From Cyanophora paradoxa CCMP329 (Eukaryota; Plantae; Glaucophyta), in contig QPMI01000444.1 in NCBI GenBank assembly GCA_004431415.1, positions 62,001 through 126,000 of the forward strand: a stretch of 64,000 bases of DNA, given 5' to 3'. Made by a program: the position numbers and the translations under genes. Shown piece after piece: positions 47,073 through 59,612 of this stretch. The notes under the pieces are model-generated. The model did not search any database. It was not told where the DNA came from and saw nothing but the letters and a program-made list of their open reading frames with translations. Within the stretch, counting starts at the first letter, position 1. Every line of letters begins with the position of its first letter.

Positions 47073-49178
47073 CTAGATGAGGCTGCCGAGCTTGCCGAGG
47101 AAGCCCTTCTTGGGGGTGCTCCCCGCGTGGGGGACGGGCGGGGCGGCGGAGGGGAGGGAGGGGCGGGTGGAGGCGGCGGCGACGGTGATGCGGTGCGGGG
47201 CGGGGCCGACGAGGCGGCCGTTGACGGCGGCGCGGACCTCGTAGTCGCCCTCCTCGCCGACCTTGTACTTGACGAGGAAGGTGCCCGGCTTGGCGGCGCT
47301 CGCCGGCTGGATCTCCGAGCCCCGCATCGAGGCCGGCCTGTCCGGCCCGTAGCTATTCGCGAGGGCGACGGGCGGGGCGATGCCCCCCGCCGCGCTGCGG
47401 GCCTCGACGGAGCACGGGACGACCATCGAGTAGGGCCCGACGACCGAGACCGTGAGCTCCTCGTCGGCCTCGAGGGCGTGCGGGGCGCCCGAGGAGTCGA
47501 CGAGCTGGATGGTGGCGGTGCCCGTGCCGCCCCCCGCGAGGGCGAAGGTGCCCTCCACGCGCGACTGCCCGCAGTCCAGCTCGTCGCTCGTGATACGCAG
47601 CGCCGCCTCCAGCGCCCGCTCGATCTCCCCCTCCGCAGGGCCCGCCAGCGTCACCGCCGCGCCCCCGCTCGGCGCCGCCGCCCGCGCCGCCGCCGCCGAA
47701 GCCGCCTGCGGTACCGCCGGCGAAGGTGGGGTTCAGGAAAAGTGGCGGAGAAGGGGGGATGGGGGGGGGGGGGGGGGGGAGGGGGGACGCGCCTCGATGC
47801 GGAGGAGGATGGGGGCGCGCCACCGGACGATCGTGGCGCCGGCCTCGCCGGCCCCGTTCGACTCGAGCAGCGCCTGCACCCGCGCCGACTCCGCCGCCAC
47901 GAAGGGCAGCAGGCTCTGGTTCAGCTCCTCCGCCGCCGCGAGCCGCGACGCTGCGGGCGGGGCTCAGGGGGCGCGCCCCGCCGGCGCTGAGAGGGGCGGG
48001 GGGAGGCCCTGCGGGGGCGGACCCTTGCGGTCGGAGGCGGCGTCGAGGTCGGCGAGGAGGCGCGCCTCGAGCTGCTCCAGCGCGACCCGGATGGACGCGC
48101 AGCGCGCCTTGACGACCTCCCGCAGCTCCCCCCGGTTCTTCTCCAGCGCCTCCCGCGCCACCGCCAGCGGCCACGCGTCCCGCTCCAGCGCCCCGCGCCG
48201 CTCCTCCAGCGCCGCCGCCGCCCGCCTCACCTCCGGCAGGGCCTCCTTCATCTTCTCCGAGAGCACCGCGCACTTGTGCGGCTCTGCCGGCGCGCGCGGC
48301 GCGGCGCGGTCGGGCCCGGGGCGCCGCGCGGGCCGGGCGCCGGCGCGGCGAGGCGCGGCTCACCGCCGGTGTGCGCGTCGACGTGGGGCCCCTCCGCGAG
48401 GCAGCGGGCGCACATGGCGACCCCGCATTCGTTGCAGTAGAGGTCGAGGGGCGCGCCGCGGTGCGCCTTGCAGCCGCCGGGGCGGAAGCTCTCCGGCGCC
48501 GCCGCAGGGCTCGGGGGCGCGACCGCGGGCTCCAGCTTGTGCGTCTTGAACTTGTCCTTCGAGTGGAAGCCTGCGCGGGCGCGGGGCGCGGGATGAGAAG
48601 CGCGCGTGGCACCAGCGGCGCAGGGGCGCGCGCCTTGCAAGCACTTCTCGCCGATGTAGTTTCCACCGCAGCCCTCGCATCGCACGACGGCGGGCTCTCC
48701 GGGGTCCTCGCAGAAGTCTGCAGCTGGGTCAAATGCGCGACGCTCATCCGGACCCGGGAAATATGGCCCGGTAGAGTGGCATCAGACGCAAGCTTAAGGG
48801 TCAAGCACGGGGCGCACCGCAGGGCGGGACCTCCGGGGCTGGCGTCTCGACCTTTTCGGCAGCTGCGCATCGTTTCTTAACTGAGCCGAACACGCGCAAA
48901 CAGGCCGGCACAGCCTCGCGGGGCGAACCACCGTCTTCCAGCGAAAGCTCCTCAAGACCGCCCTCGATCGCAGCTTCGCACACCGGGCAAGTCAGAGTGG
49001 GTGCCGTGCCGTCCGTTGCAGGCTGCCGCGCGCCCGCCGGACGGGTGGACCAAGACACCAAGCAGTCGGCGCAAGCGCTGTGTCCGCATGGTATCCGGCG
49101 CGACTTTACCGAAGTCGCGTAGCATACAACGCAGTCCACCGTGGCGCCCGCTGGACAGATGCCGCGCTGGCTGGTCAT
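47073..49178 (-). CDS. TRIM45-like RBCC protein: RING, B-box1, B-box2, coiled coil, filamin-type Ig domain
   Basis: RING CVVC...PCGHSACADC...CPVC; B-box1 C|DFCED...CEGC...C...H; B-box2 CKAH...YCNECGVAMCARC...H; helical segment; filamin-like TIQLVD...LTVSVVGP...GTFLVKYKVGEEGDYEVRAAVNGRLVGPAPHRITV. Confidence 0.82.
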
Positions 49179-49393
49179 CTCTAGCTAAATCGGCTGTAGC
49201 CCCCCCCGGCCGACCTCGAACAGCGGCCCCGCCGCTTCTCCACAGCGGAAGAGCTCTACAATTGTTTGTAGAGCTCGCATCTTGCGCAACGCCTGCTAAG
49301 CCCGCGCGGGGAGGGAGCTCAGCTGTGCGCGGCGGTGCCAGCGCCGTAGTGGCCTAGCAGCTTTGAAAGCGAAGCAGTGAAGGCCCCCGCGCA

Positions 49394-50606
49394 ATGGCGC
49401 CGCCGGCGGGCCTCGATGCGAAGCTTGCCCTCGCCGAGCGCACGAGAACAATAAACGGTAGGACGGCGTGCCATCGTTTGATTATGTGTCACCAAAGCAG
49501 CTAACTGCACTCACGCTCAGCCCCGTACTCGAGCCTGCGCGCCTTTCCAAAGGAGGTCCTCAGGTGCTTAGCTAAGCCTTCGGCGCTGCAGCGCGTCTTC
49601 TGACATCGGCGTTGCAGCATCACCACGCTCACGCGGCTGGATCTCGGCCACAACCTTATCCCCTCGCTCCCCGCCAGCATCTCGAAGGCGGGCCCGCCGC
49701 GCCGCGCGAGGCGCCTCGCGCGGCGCACAACTAACCCGCCGCGCACTGCGGCAGCTCGTGAAACTTGAGGAACTTTATCTAAACAGCAACATGCTCACCT
49801 TGGTCCCGCCCGAGCTGGCGCTGTGCAAGAAGCTGAAGATCCTCGACCTGTGCGCGTTCGCTCTCGCCCCCGGCGGCGCAGCGCGGCTCATGCCCTCGCC
49901 CGCCGGGCCGGCAGCTCGGACAACCGGATCGTGGAGCTGCCGACGGAGCTGGGTGGCCTGCGGGACTCGCTGCTGGAGCTGCACCTCGCCAGCAACCCGC
50001 TCTCCACGGAGCTCGCCGCCATCCTCGACTCGAGCCCCGCCGGCTGGCGCGTCCTCCTCGAGTACCTCTCCAGGGTGCCCCCGCCCCGCCGCCCCGCCCC
50101 GGCGCCCGCCGCCTCCCTGAGCCGCGGGGCGGGGGCAGCTGGACGAGAGGAGGGCGCAGGGGGCCGAGCTGGGCGAGAAGCTGGCGAAGATGGAGCTGTA
50201 CCGGGAGGAGCGCCTGGGCTTCGTGCCCCGCCTCGTAGCCGAGGTCCTCGAGGAGTTCAAGGACCCCAATGAGGTCTGGAGCCTCATCCGCAACGCCGAG
50301 AGCATCCTCCCGCTCCCCGGCGGGGACGCCCTCCCCGCCACCAAGGCCCGCACGCTGCAGCGGACCTGCGAGCGCACCTTCGCAGCCACGTGGAAGCTCT
50401 CCTCGCGCAGCACCAGCCGGGCCTCCCCCGAGCAGGCCAGCCCCGAGCCGGCCCCCGAGCCCGACGCCCCCGAGCCCGAGCCGGCTGCCCCCGAGCCGGC
50501 GGAGGAGCCCCCGGCGCCGCCCCCCGCGGACCCGAGCCCGGAACCCCCGCCCTCGAAGCCCTCCTCAGCGGGGACCAAGAAGGGCACCAAGAAAGTGTCC
50601 ATATAG
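49394..50606 (+). CDS. Leucine-rich-repeat protein with Pro/Glu-rich tail
   Basis: LTRLDLGHNLIPSLP, LEELYLNSNMLTLVP, LKILDL|SDNRIVELP, LLELHLASNPL. Confidence 0.8.
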
Positions 50607-50695
50607 CCAGTTGGACCCCCTAGACTAAGCTAGCTGGACGCGCGTTTGTTTGGAACCTGATTCTGATTCGGACGACTCGGGGCGGGCCCCGGTGG

Positions 50696-53026
50696 CTACA
50701 TGAGGTGCCAGGGGGACTCGTTGGGGCGGTAGGGCCGGGGCGGGAACTTGAAGGGGAGGGGGAACTCGGAGGGGGGTACGCCGGCGGGGAAGGCGACGCC
50801 GAGCTCGTAGTTGTTGACGGAGAGCTGGGAGCCGCCCTTGGCGAGGCGGCCCCACGCCGACGCCGAGAGGTTCGCCGACCCCTGCCGCGGCCCTGAGCCG
50901 GACGCACGCAGCTCGGGCGCCCGGCGGGGCGGGGCGCACGGCGTAGAGGAGCGAGGCGCCCCTGGAGAGGACCTTGCTGTGCCAGAGGACGCCGGCGCGG
51001 GCCGGCGAGGGCGCCTCCTGCCGGCGCGTCGGGGGCGGGGGGCAGGGCGGGGCCGGCCCGGGCGCACGGCGGCGGAGAGGGAGGAGCGGGGGAAGGCGGG
51101 GGAGTTGTAGTGGTCGCGCCGCAGCACCGTCGTGCCCGCCCCTGCGCAGCCCCCGGGCGCCGCCGCCGCGTCAGAACCGAGGGGGAGGGGGCCGGACGGG
51201 GCGGCGGGGCGCACCGTCGGTGCCGAGGCGCGAGGTGGCGACCTCGGCGTGCGTCGGGAAGACCACGCGGAGGGGGGGTACCGCTTCCTCCGCGGGGGGC
51301 GCGTCGTCCCCCGGCGAGGCCCGCTTCTTCCCCCGGCTGGAGGGGGGGCGTCGGGAGGCGCGGGGCGCGCGGGGCGGCGCGGGGCGCGCGCACGACGCGG
51401 AGGCGGGGGCGGGGGGCAGGCCGGAGGCGGAGCGGGAGAACTCGGAGACCCAGCCGGGGTTCAGGTTGCCGACGGAGGAGGCCTGGAAGTAGAAGGGATC
51501 GGAGGCCGCCCCCGCGCCGCGTCCAGCCGCCCCGCTGCCGCCGGCTCAGGCCCCGGCGCGCGGGAGCGGGAGGGGCGCGGGGGCGGGCGGACGTGGAGAG
51601 GACCTCCGCGAGGCGCGTGTGCCCTGCGGGAAAAAGCGCGTCGGGGGCCGAGGGGTGGCGCGGAGCTTAAGGCAGGGCGGGCACCCCAGGACTGGAGGGC
51701 GGGGCCGGAGTGCGACCCGGGCACGCTCGCCACCAGCACCGCCTGCGGGGCGCTGCGAGTCAGGAGAGCCGGGCGGGGCGGGGCGGGGCGGTTCGAGCCT
51801 TGGCGGGGGAAAAGTCGAACGCCGAGAGGCGGGAGCGCCAGTCGCCGGGGACGGTCAGCGCGGCGAGGAATCGGTCCAGGTACCCCCCGAAGCCGCCTTT
51901 GTCCGGTGGGGCGGGGTCGCCCCCGGGCGGCCGCCGCGCGAAGTCTTGTACGTACACGTTCTGAGCGGGGGCGAGGCTTGAGGCGGAGGGGCGCGGGGGT
52001 GCGAGGGCGGGGCGGGGCGCCTGGGTGATGGCGGCCCAGTCGGGGGCGGTGAGGTTCGCGGAGGAGACGACGACGCGGAGGGCCGCCCGGGACTCGAGCA
52101 GCATCAGCTTCGCGTGCATGCAGCCGAACTGGTTCAGCGGCGGCCGCACGACCGTCGCGCGGCCCATGCGGTCCACCCCGGGCTGCGCGCGCGCGAGGGG
52201 TGTGAGGGGGCGGGAGCGGAGGGGGCGCGCTCGAGGCTGCGCACGCTCTCCCCGTCCTCCCGTCGCCAGTTGGTGACGACAAGGAGCTCGGTGGGCGCTG
52301 GGAAGGTCCGCGCGACGAGCGCCATGTCGATCTGAGCGCCGGGTCCGTGGGGCGGGCGGCTCGAGCTCGGGGAGGCGCGCGGGGGGCCGGACGCGCGCGC
52401 ACGATTGGCCCGCTGGAGACGAGGGCGCGGAGGATCGGGCCGCCGGGGACCCTACACACCCCCTCCAGATCTATCGTGTGCTTCGAGCGGTCCTCCGCTA
52501 CTCTGTTCAGGAACAGCGCGCCCCCGAAGAGGCCTCCCGCTGGCGCGGCCGGCGCCGGTGCCGTCGCCGTCGCCTGCTGCGGCGCAGCGCCGCGGCCCGC
52601 TTCCGAGGTAGACGCCGCGCCACCGCTGGAGGCGGCGCTAACCTCGCGGGACGCCCACCGCTGCCGCAGCATGGCGCGGACGTCGGAGATGGCGTCCGCG
52701 CCCGCCGCCGCCGCCGCAGCTGGAGCGGTTGCCGCAGCGGGAGCGGCCGCCGCGCCTTCGGGTTTCGCCGAGGCGCTCCCTGTGTCGGATGGAGCGGGCG
52801 CTGCAGATGCGCTGGCCTCTGCGAGCTCCTTGGAAAGCCGAAGCGCCTCTTCCAGCTCAGCGTCGCTCTCCCGTGCGGCCGGCTGGGGCTGCTGCAGCGA
52901 CGCGCGGATCGCCGCCTGCAGGTCCTCGTCTGCGGCGCGCGCGCGCGCGTCAAGGTCGAGCGCGCGCGCGCGAACGCGCTCACCGTCGTCGTCGTCGACC
53001 ACGATGGCCTCGTCGCTGGAAGCCAT
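50696..53026 (-). CDS. TDP1: Tyrosyl-DNA phosphodiesterase 1-like with N-terminal UIM-like motifs
   Basis: FGCMHAKLMLL...RVVVSSANLT, LVASVPG, second motif WHSKV...GSANLSASAWG, NNYELGV, LPFKFPPRPY...PW. Confidence 0.9.
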
Positions 53027-53188
53027 GTTGCCTGGAATTTGAAAGTCTCCCCGTACCCGGCCGAAGCGCCAGCCGCCAGCGGCCAGCGGCCAGCGGCCAG
53101 CGGCCGGCCTCAACCTCTTTGCTTTAGCTTTGGCTTTAGCTTAGCTAAGCAGCGCTCCGAGCGCGGGGGCGGCGCGCCGCAGTACGTG

Positions 53189-54814
53189 ATGCAGGCGCTG
53201 CAGCCGCTCACGCACGAGAGGATCGAGGCGGGGCTGCGCGCGGCGGGAATACTTGGCCCGGGCGATACATGTGAAATCGAAGCCGCCATGAAGCCTCTGC
53301 ACGAGGGCGAGCAGAGCAGCGTCGCTCTTGCGGAGGCGCTGATTCGGAGCGCCGGCGACGCGCAGCAGCAGCAGGGGTTGCGGCGCTTCCCCTTCATCCT
53401 GAAGCACGTCGATCTGGGCGTCTCAACGCTCGCCTCCAAGCCGGGCGACGCGAGGCGGTTCGCGCTGCAAAGTTTCGAGAATGAGTTTCAGTTCTACGGG
53501 GCCAGCTCAGTGCTGCGCACGCACCTGCGGGCCTCCGGCCTGCGCATCCCGCAGCTCTACGCCAGCTCAGCCGACCAGGGCCGGAGCTGGAGCTACGCAC
53601 TGGAACTCTTCCCCGACTGGAAGCAGCGGCTCCAGCTCGACACCGCCGATCTGCGGAGAGGTGCGGGGCTCCTGGGCTTCGGATGCGCCCCTGCAGGCGG
53701 CTCATGGCCTCGCAGCGCTCTCCGCGCTGGCGTCCCTGCACGCGGCCTTCTACAAGCTGACGGAGGCGGAGCGTGCTGAATTGCGCTCCGCCGTCTGGCC
53801 CAAGGCGTGCTGGTGGACCATGGAGAAGCGCCCCCCCGAGCAGGCGGCCCGGCTCCGCGAGGTCAGGGCCCGGCCTCCGTCCCCGCGGCACTCGCGCCGA
53901 CCGGCCTCGAGATCTAACCCGCGGCCGGGCGCCGTCACGCAGGACTGGGCGAAGGTCGTCTCCGACTTCGAGATGAGCTCCCCGGCGAGCAAGGACCTGG
54001 CGCCGCGGCTGCACGCGCGCCTGCCCCAGCTCGCCGCCTCCGTCGACCGCCTCTTCTCCAGCGGCTTCACCACGCTCCTCCGTGCGCCCCGCCAGAAGGG
54101 GAGGGGGGCCGCCCCGGGCGCCGAGCCGGGACCGCAGACGGGGACTTCAAGACGGGCAACATCCTCTTCGGGCCCGGCGGGGAGGTCGCCTGCATCGACT
54201 TCCAGTGGGCCGGGTCCGGCCCCCGCCCCCCCCCCCCCCCCCCCCCCCCCGCCCCCCTCCCGCCCCCCCCCCCCCTCCCGAGCCGCCGCGGCCACAGGAT
54301 CGGCCCCCCCATCGCTGACGTCTCCTACCTTCTACTCTCCTCGGTGCGACGCCGGCCGAGAAGCAACCCCCGCCCTCCCCTCCCCTCCCGCTGCCCCCTC
54401 CGCCCCCCGACTCGCGCCGCAGGCGTCGCTGTCGGCGCTGGAGGGGGGCGGCGAGGGGGCCCTCCTCGCCCACTACGCCGCCGAGCTGGGCAGGGCCCTC
54501 CCGCCCGAGGCGCGGGCCCTCGCGCCCGCGGCCGACGCCCTCGCGGGGCAGCACGAGCTCTTCGTGCTGGACTACCTCCGCGTGCGCCGGCGCCCACCCC
54601 TCCCGCGGGGGCTCGCCCACCCACTGGGCGCGCCCTGCAGGCGACGGCGAAGTACATGGCGGCGACGGGCGGCCCGGCGGGCTGCTTGAGGAACGCGGCC
54701 GCGGCGGACGCGGCCAACCTGCTCACGCAGGAGCGGTCGGCCGCCCACGTGGCCTTCCTCGCCTCCCGATCCCTCGCCGCCCTGCCCCGCCTCGAGGCCC
54801 TCTCCGCATCGTGA
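53189..54814 (+). CDS. APH/choline kinase/EcKinase-like phosphotransferase
   Basis: ILKH, FENEFQFY, LASLHA, TLL|HGDFKTGNILF (Brenner motif), IDFQWAG, ADVSYLL. Confidence 0.8.
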
Positions 54815-54865
54815 CCATGTGCGGGTTATGGGGCGTGTCTTGGCACAGAGCACACGCGAGCGATC

Positions 54866-55689
54866 CTACGCCTGCACAGGGGCCGCGGGGGCCGCCTCCG
54901 CCTCCGCCTGCTTCTTCTTCGGCGGGCTGGGTATCCAAATGCCCTGCGGGAGCCTTATCCTCCGCTCGAGGGCCTCCGAAGCAGGGCTGCCGTCCGCTAG
55001 CAACTGGAGCCCCTTGGGGGCCGCTACCGCCTTGCTCTTCTTCGGCCTCGGCGGGGGCGGCGGCTGCGCCTTGACCTCGAAGCTGCCCTCCGGTATGTGC
55101 TCCAGCGCCCGCGAGAGCTGCAGAGCCTTGTACGTGAACGAGCTGGGATCGATGCAAAGCTTCTCGCCGCGCTCCCGCGCCTCGTGCAACGCCTTCGTCG
55201 CCTCGTACGCCGCGATGCGTTCCCACAGGACCACCTTTATCCGAGCCATCGACTTCTTCACCTGCATCGGGGCTCAACGGCGCGGAGCGGCAGGAGCTCG
55301 GCGGCTGACCTTGGTGATGCGGTCGGGGTCCTGCATCCGCATGCCCCGCGCCCGTGCGTTCTCGTCTTCCGTGTATAGCATGTTCCTCTCCTTCAAGCAG
55401 ACGAACCAGAGCTTGTGCAGGTCCGAGAACGACTTGTTGCGCAGCTCCGCCGCCGACCAGGGGCGTCCTGCCGGGCGGCACTTGCCTAATCAGCGGTGCG
55501 CGACTTGATCGCGGCGACGAGCGCCGTCTGCCCCCGTTGCGGGGCGTCGGCGCGGGGGCGGCGATCCGGCGCACCGGTGACCGGCGCCTGGCCCCGAGGC
55601 GTGACCGTGTCGAAGAACTCATCTAGGCCTCGGCGAGGAAGAGAGCCCCGCGCCCGCGCCGCGCTCAAGCGGAGCGCTGAGAGCGACAT
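54866..55689 (-). CDS. MRPL47: Mitochondrial ribosomal protein uL29m
   Basis: Arg/Ser/Leu-rich presequence, GLDEFFD, G|[31 protein letters not shown]|[15 protein letters not shown]. Confidence 0.9.
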
Positions 55690-55799
55690 CGCGCTTGTTT
55701 GCAGTACCCGTGTTGCGTTAGTTTGAAGTTGGCGGGAGCTCGTGAAGCGCGTTCACTTCGTCCTCCAGGCGCGCACCGGCGGCGTTATCGACATTCAAA

Positions 55800-57159
55800 A
55801 TGAGCGGCGGTACGCTTCGCGTGCGGTGGAGCCCACGCGGCGCCGAAAAATCGCCGCGCAGGCGGGTTTGGCTCGCCGGGCTACGGGGGTGGATACACGA
55901 ACGTGCGCGGCAGACATTCGTGAGGAAAGATGCTCACTTGAACCGCTGACGCACCTCTGCGCACAGTACAATGCATCGCCGGGCCAGTTCGCGGGCGGTG
56001 GTGGGTACGTTCCGAGCGGGATGGACGACGGAGGGGGCGGCGATGGCGCGCAAGGGCGTAAGGTATGGCGTGTGGCGCTGCTCTCTTCCGAGCTCTCCCT
56101 CCGCTGATCCCTTGCTCGCTCGCCCAGGTGAAGTCCGCGGGCGAGCAGCAGACCATTACTCCCTGCACGATTCGCCAGCTCCTTACCACTCCCGGATCGC
56201 ACGACGATCAGTACCGCATCGACGGTCGCGACACGAAACAGGCGCGAGCGCGTCATGTGCTGGGATCCGGGTGGTGTTAATGCGCCGCGCCCGCGCAGGT
56301 TTCAATCGTGGGCAAGGTCATGCACGTGGATAACCAGGCGACAAATATCACGCTCGATGTCCACGACGGGTCCGGCCTGATTCGCGTCAAGTTCTGGACT
56401 GACGGCGACGAGAACGAGTTCTCGGCCAACAGGCGGGAGCACTGGTGCCAGTGCGTCCTTCGGAGATTGTAATCGCGTCGTTTCATGGACCCACGCACGT
56501 GTTTTTTTGCAGGGAAAATATATACGTCCGCGTTATCGGGCACCTGCGCTCGATGCAGGACCAGGGCCGCTACATCATGGCTTTCCACATCCGGCCTCTC
56601 GAAGAGGGCAATGAGATGACTCATCACTTTCTGGAATCCATTCTTGTTCATTGCCAGGCGACAAAGGGTGTCCGCTCACAGGTGTGTTCGTCAGGAGCAG
56701 TTTTGATGTACTCCAGCATTGCTTATTGTGATGCCAGGGCCAACAAAATGCACCTTCCTACGGAGCACCTGCTGGCAGGCCACTCGCGGGCCCTGCCTCC
56801 AGCAGCACCCAGGGAGGCTTGACAACTTTCAATGGCGTCAGCCTCTCTCCATGCGAGAGTCAGGTCGGCAAATGCACAACTCGGTGCCTTTTTTTCGCCC
56901 CTTATCTGTTGGCTCTGCAGGTTCTTCAAATCTTCCAGAACGAAAAGCACAGCGATTCCGGCACCCACATCAATCGAGTCCAAGAAATCCTCCGTGGTCG
57001 CTTCAATCCTACCGAGATCAGGTGCGCATTTCTGCCCACTGATGCCGAACGAAGCTTGCTCCTAATTCTCTTTCCAGCAACGCTGTTCAAAGACTTGCCA
57101 ACGAGGCCGTCTTGTACAGCACAGTTGATGAAAGCTCCTACCGCATCACGGATGCGTAG
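55800..57159 (+). CDS. RPA2: Replication protein A 32 kDa subunit
   Basis: Gly-rich N-terminus, ITPCTIRQL, VSIVGKV, DVHDGSGLIRVKFW, YVRVIGHLRS, NEMTHHFLE, winged helix ...LANEAVLYSTVDESSYRITDA*. Confidence 0.9.
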
Positions 57160-57299
57160 TGCCCCAACCCATGGCCCTCGCTTTCACCCCCCCTCCGCAT
57201 TCCTTTGTAATTGCACACACGCCAATCACTATACATACATGTCTACATTAATGAGGCTCTTTGCCGTTCAATCGCTGTGCTTAACTGGGGTACAAGATC

Positions 57300-59612
57300 A
57301 GCTTCCTCAGGCGACAGAGGCGGGTAATCCGACTCCCGCAGCTCAGTTCGCTGCTCTGCAGCTGCCACCAATGCAGCATTTGAGAGCGTAGAGTGCACTA
57401 GAGCGCCTGTCCAATCGATGCTTTGCCGCAGAGTCTCGTATTGCCCCGTGCTCTGCCGGAGGGCCTTGACAATGTCATCCGTGGGGCACAGCCTCCATCT
57501 CTGAATTCGAGGTTAGGTGACGTACAACATGAGTAAAGAGGTGCCACTTGTACTCACTTGCTGCTGAGCGATCTGGCTGCATATCTGCTGCAGTCGAGAT
57601 GGGTCGGAGTGGTTGCTGTTGGGCAGATCGTCCAGGAAGCGAATCAGGTGCTGCAGGGGACATGATAGCACGGCAAGGAAGCCAACAAGAGAATAAATGA
57701 CGTCTACGCAGAAAAATCATTCTTGGAAAGAGAGGATTGTCTGATCTGTGGCCCCACCTTGTACTGCCTCGGCTGAGTAATCAGGTAAAACGCCTTGTAC
57801 CGAGAGTGCCAGTTCAACCACAAAAAGGGAATCCATCTGTGCTCAACATTGAAGGTACAGATCGAGTCGTGCTACATGGGCCGTACCTGCAGCTGGACGA
57901 GGCGCACACGTGATGGCTTGACAGTCATCAGTCTTGTCACAATAGCATGCAGCACATCCAAAAAACTCTCCTGCATAAAGATATACTCAGTACGATGAAC
58001 ACTTTGCTCCACAAATGCGCATTTTCGCTTTGTTCACCGCAAAGACGTCTGTTGCCAAGGTGGAAGGAAGTAGACAGGAAAGTTCATCCTGCACTCCAGA
58101 CAAGTACACCCACCAAGCAACTAAAGACGGGCTGATTTGCGTGTTGTTCAAATAAGGTCGCTGTTCTTGCCACCCTGCCTGTGCCTGTGGTTACGACTGC
58201 AGACCAGGACATTGAGAAAAATTCGTGAGCAAACCGCATCTAGCGATGGCAACAACCATGATTTCGGTGCATCTGCAAGGAAGAAAACGAGCTGCTCGAA
58301 GGACTCTGTGACCAAGGCAGCTACATCTGGCATTCCTTCCAAGAACGATGCCTCAATCACACGGTTGGCAACAAAGACAGACGAGTTCCACCCTGTTGAA
58401 AAATTGTCAGCAGAGCTTGTCAGCAAACAGTTGACTGCTGCACCGAGGCAATTTGATCGAAGACTGCTCGTTGAGTATGCTGCTCTTATGGCAGACAACA
58501 CTCTCTGCAGGAGTGCAGAGTCCACCGGCACGTCCACTGCGGGAAGTGTCACAGTGGAAGATACTCCAATATACAACGCACTTACGCATGCAGTCATGCA
58601 CGAAAGACAGAATACTCAAGCGGTCACCATTAATGATCTACGATTAATCAGAAAAGCAAAAAAAACGCAGGCAAACTTGTACCTCGACCCTAGCATCCAT
58701 TTTCTGTGAAGCTGTTGCTGAAACTGATTTACTGGTGCTTGCTGCCTGTGGCTGGATGCCTTCGGGCACTAAAAATTCCGTCATCGAGAGCTGGTCTGCA
58801 AGACGCTGCTGGAAGGCATCGACTTCTGCTCTCACTCTCCCTGGCTCGGACTAGGAAGGGTCAGTCTTATCTTTCTTTCTTCTTCATGTTACGGGACGCG
58901 CCTGCTGGCTTGCAACGTTCGCGACAGCATTGTACTTGTCCAGGTAAGCCTCATCAAGCAAGCGACGGACTTCTTGCCTATCTGTGGATGGTTGAGTTCT
59001 ATACCGATTTAAACAGACACAGAGCGTACGTAGTTGGGCGGCGTTCAGAAGAAGGATATCGCTCTACCGGTGTTTGATGAGGAATAGGCGGCTGGATAAC
59101 GAACTAGGGCTCGCACCTGGATAAAGTCCGACACGACAGCCCCCAGTGTTTGGATTGCCTCCACCGAGGCTGACCTCGTCATCCAATCAACCAGGCTGGG
59201 GCACGCGCTGTAGAGATGAGCGCTGCGAGCCTTCGTGAACTGAAAGAGCGTTCAGCGCAACAACAGCGGACGAAGGTAAGGCACGCACCGCCTCCCAAGC
59301 TGAGCTGGCTCCTAGAAGCGCCCTCAAGCTCGCCAGCGCCCGCGCTCGCTCTGTCGTCTGCTGCGCACTGCCTCCGACATTGCGCTGCAAGATCCGTGTC
59401 CACAGCCGTGCGAGATGCCTCCTGGACGGCGGATCGACTCCTGTGCTCTCCGCAAGCGCTGGCACCGCAAGCGCCGCTACCGTAGACTCTGCGACGCCAG
59501 CGGTTTCTGAGGGAGCTGCAGCTGGTGCGCTGCTGATTATGGATCGAGGCGCCGCCGCTAGAGGAAGCGCGGCCTCCAGTAAGCTCTGCAGGGATTGCGG
59601 CAGCGAGTCCAT
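57300..59612 (-). CDS. Hypothetical multi-exon helical protein; boundaries uncertain
   Basis: Successive minus-strand open stretches with Leu-rich helical character (59187-59612, 58644-58835, 58148-58597, 57475-57720). No recognised family. Confidence 0.35.

Noticed and set aside
58137-59077. Plus-strand ORFs as a transposase or viral gene in the low-GC region
   Set aside because: No DDE, RT or other recognisable motif; the minus-strand frames look more protein-like.
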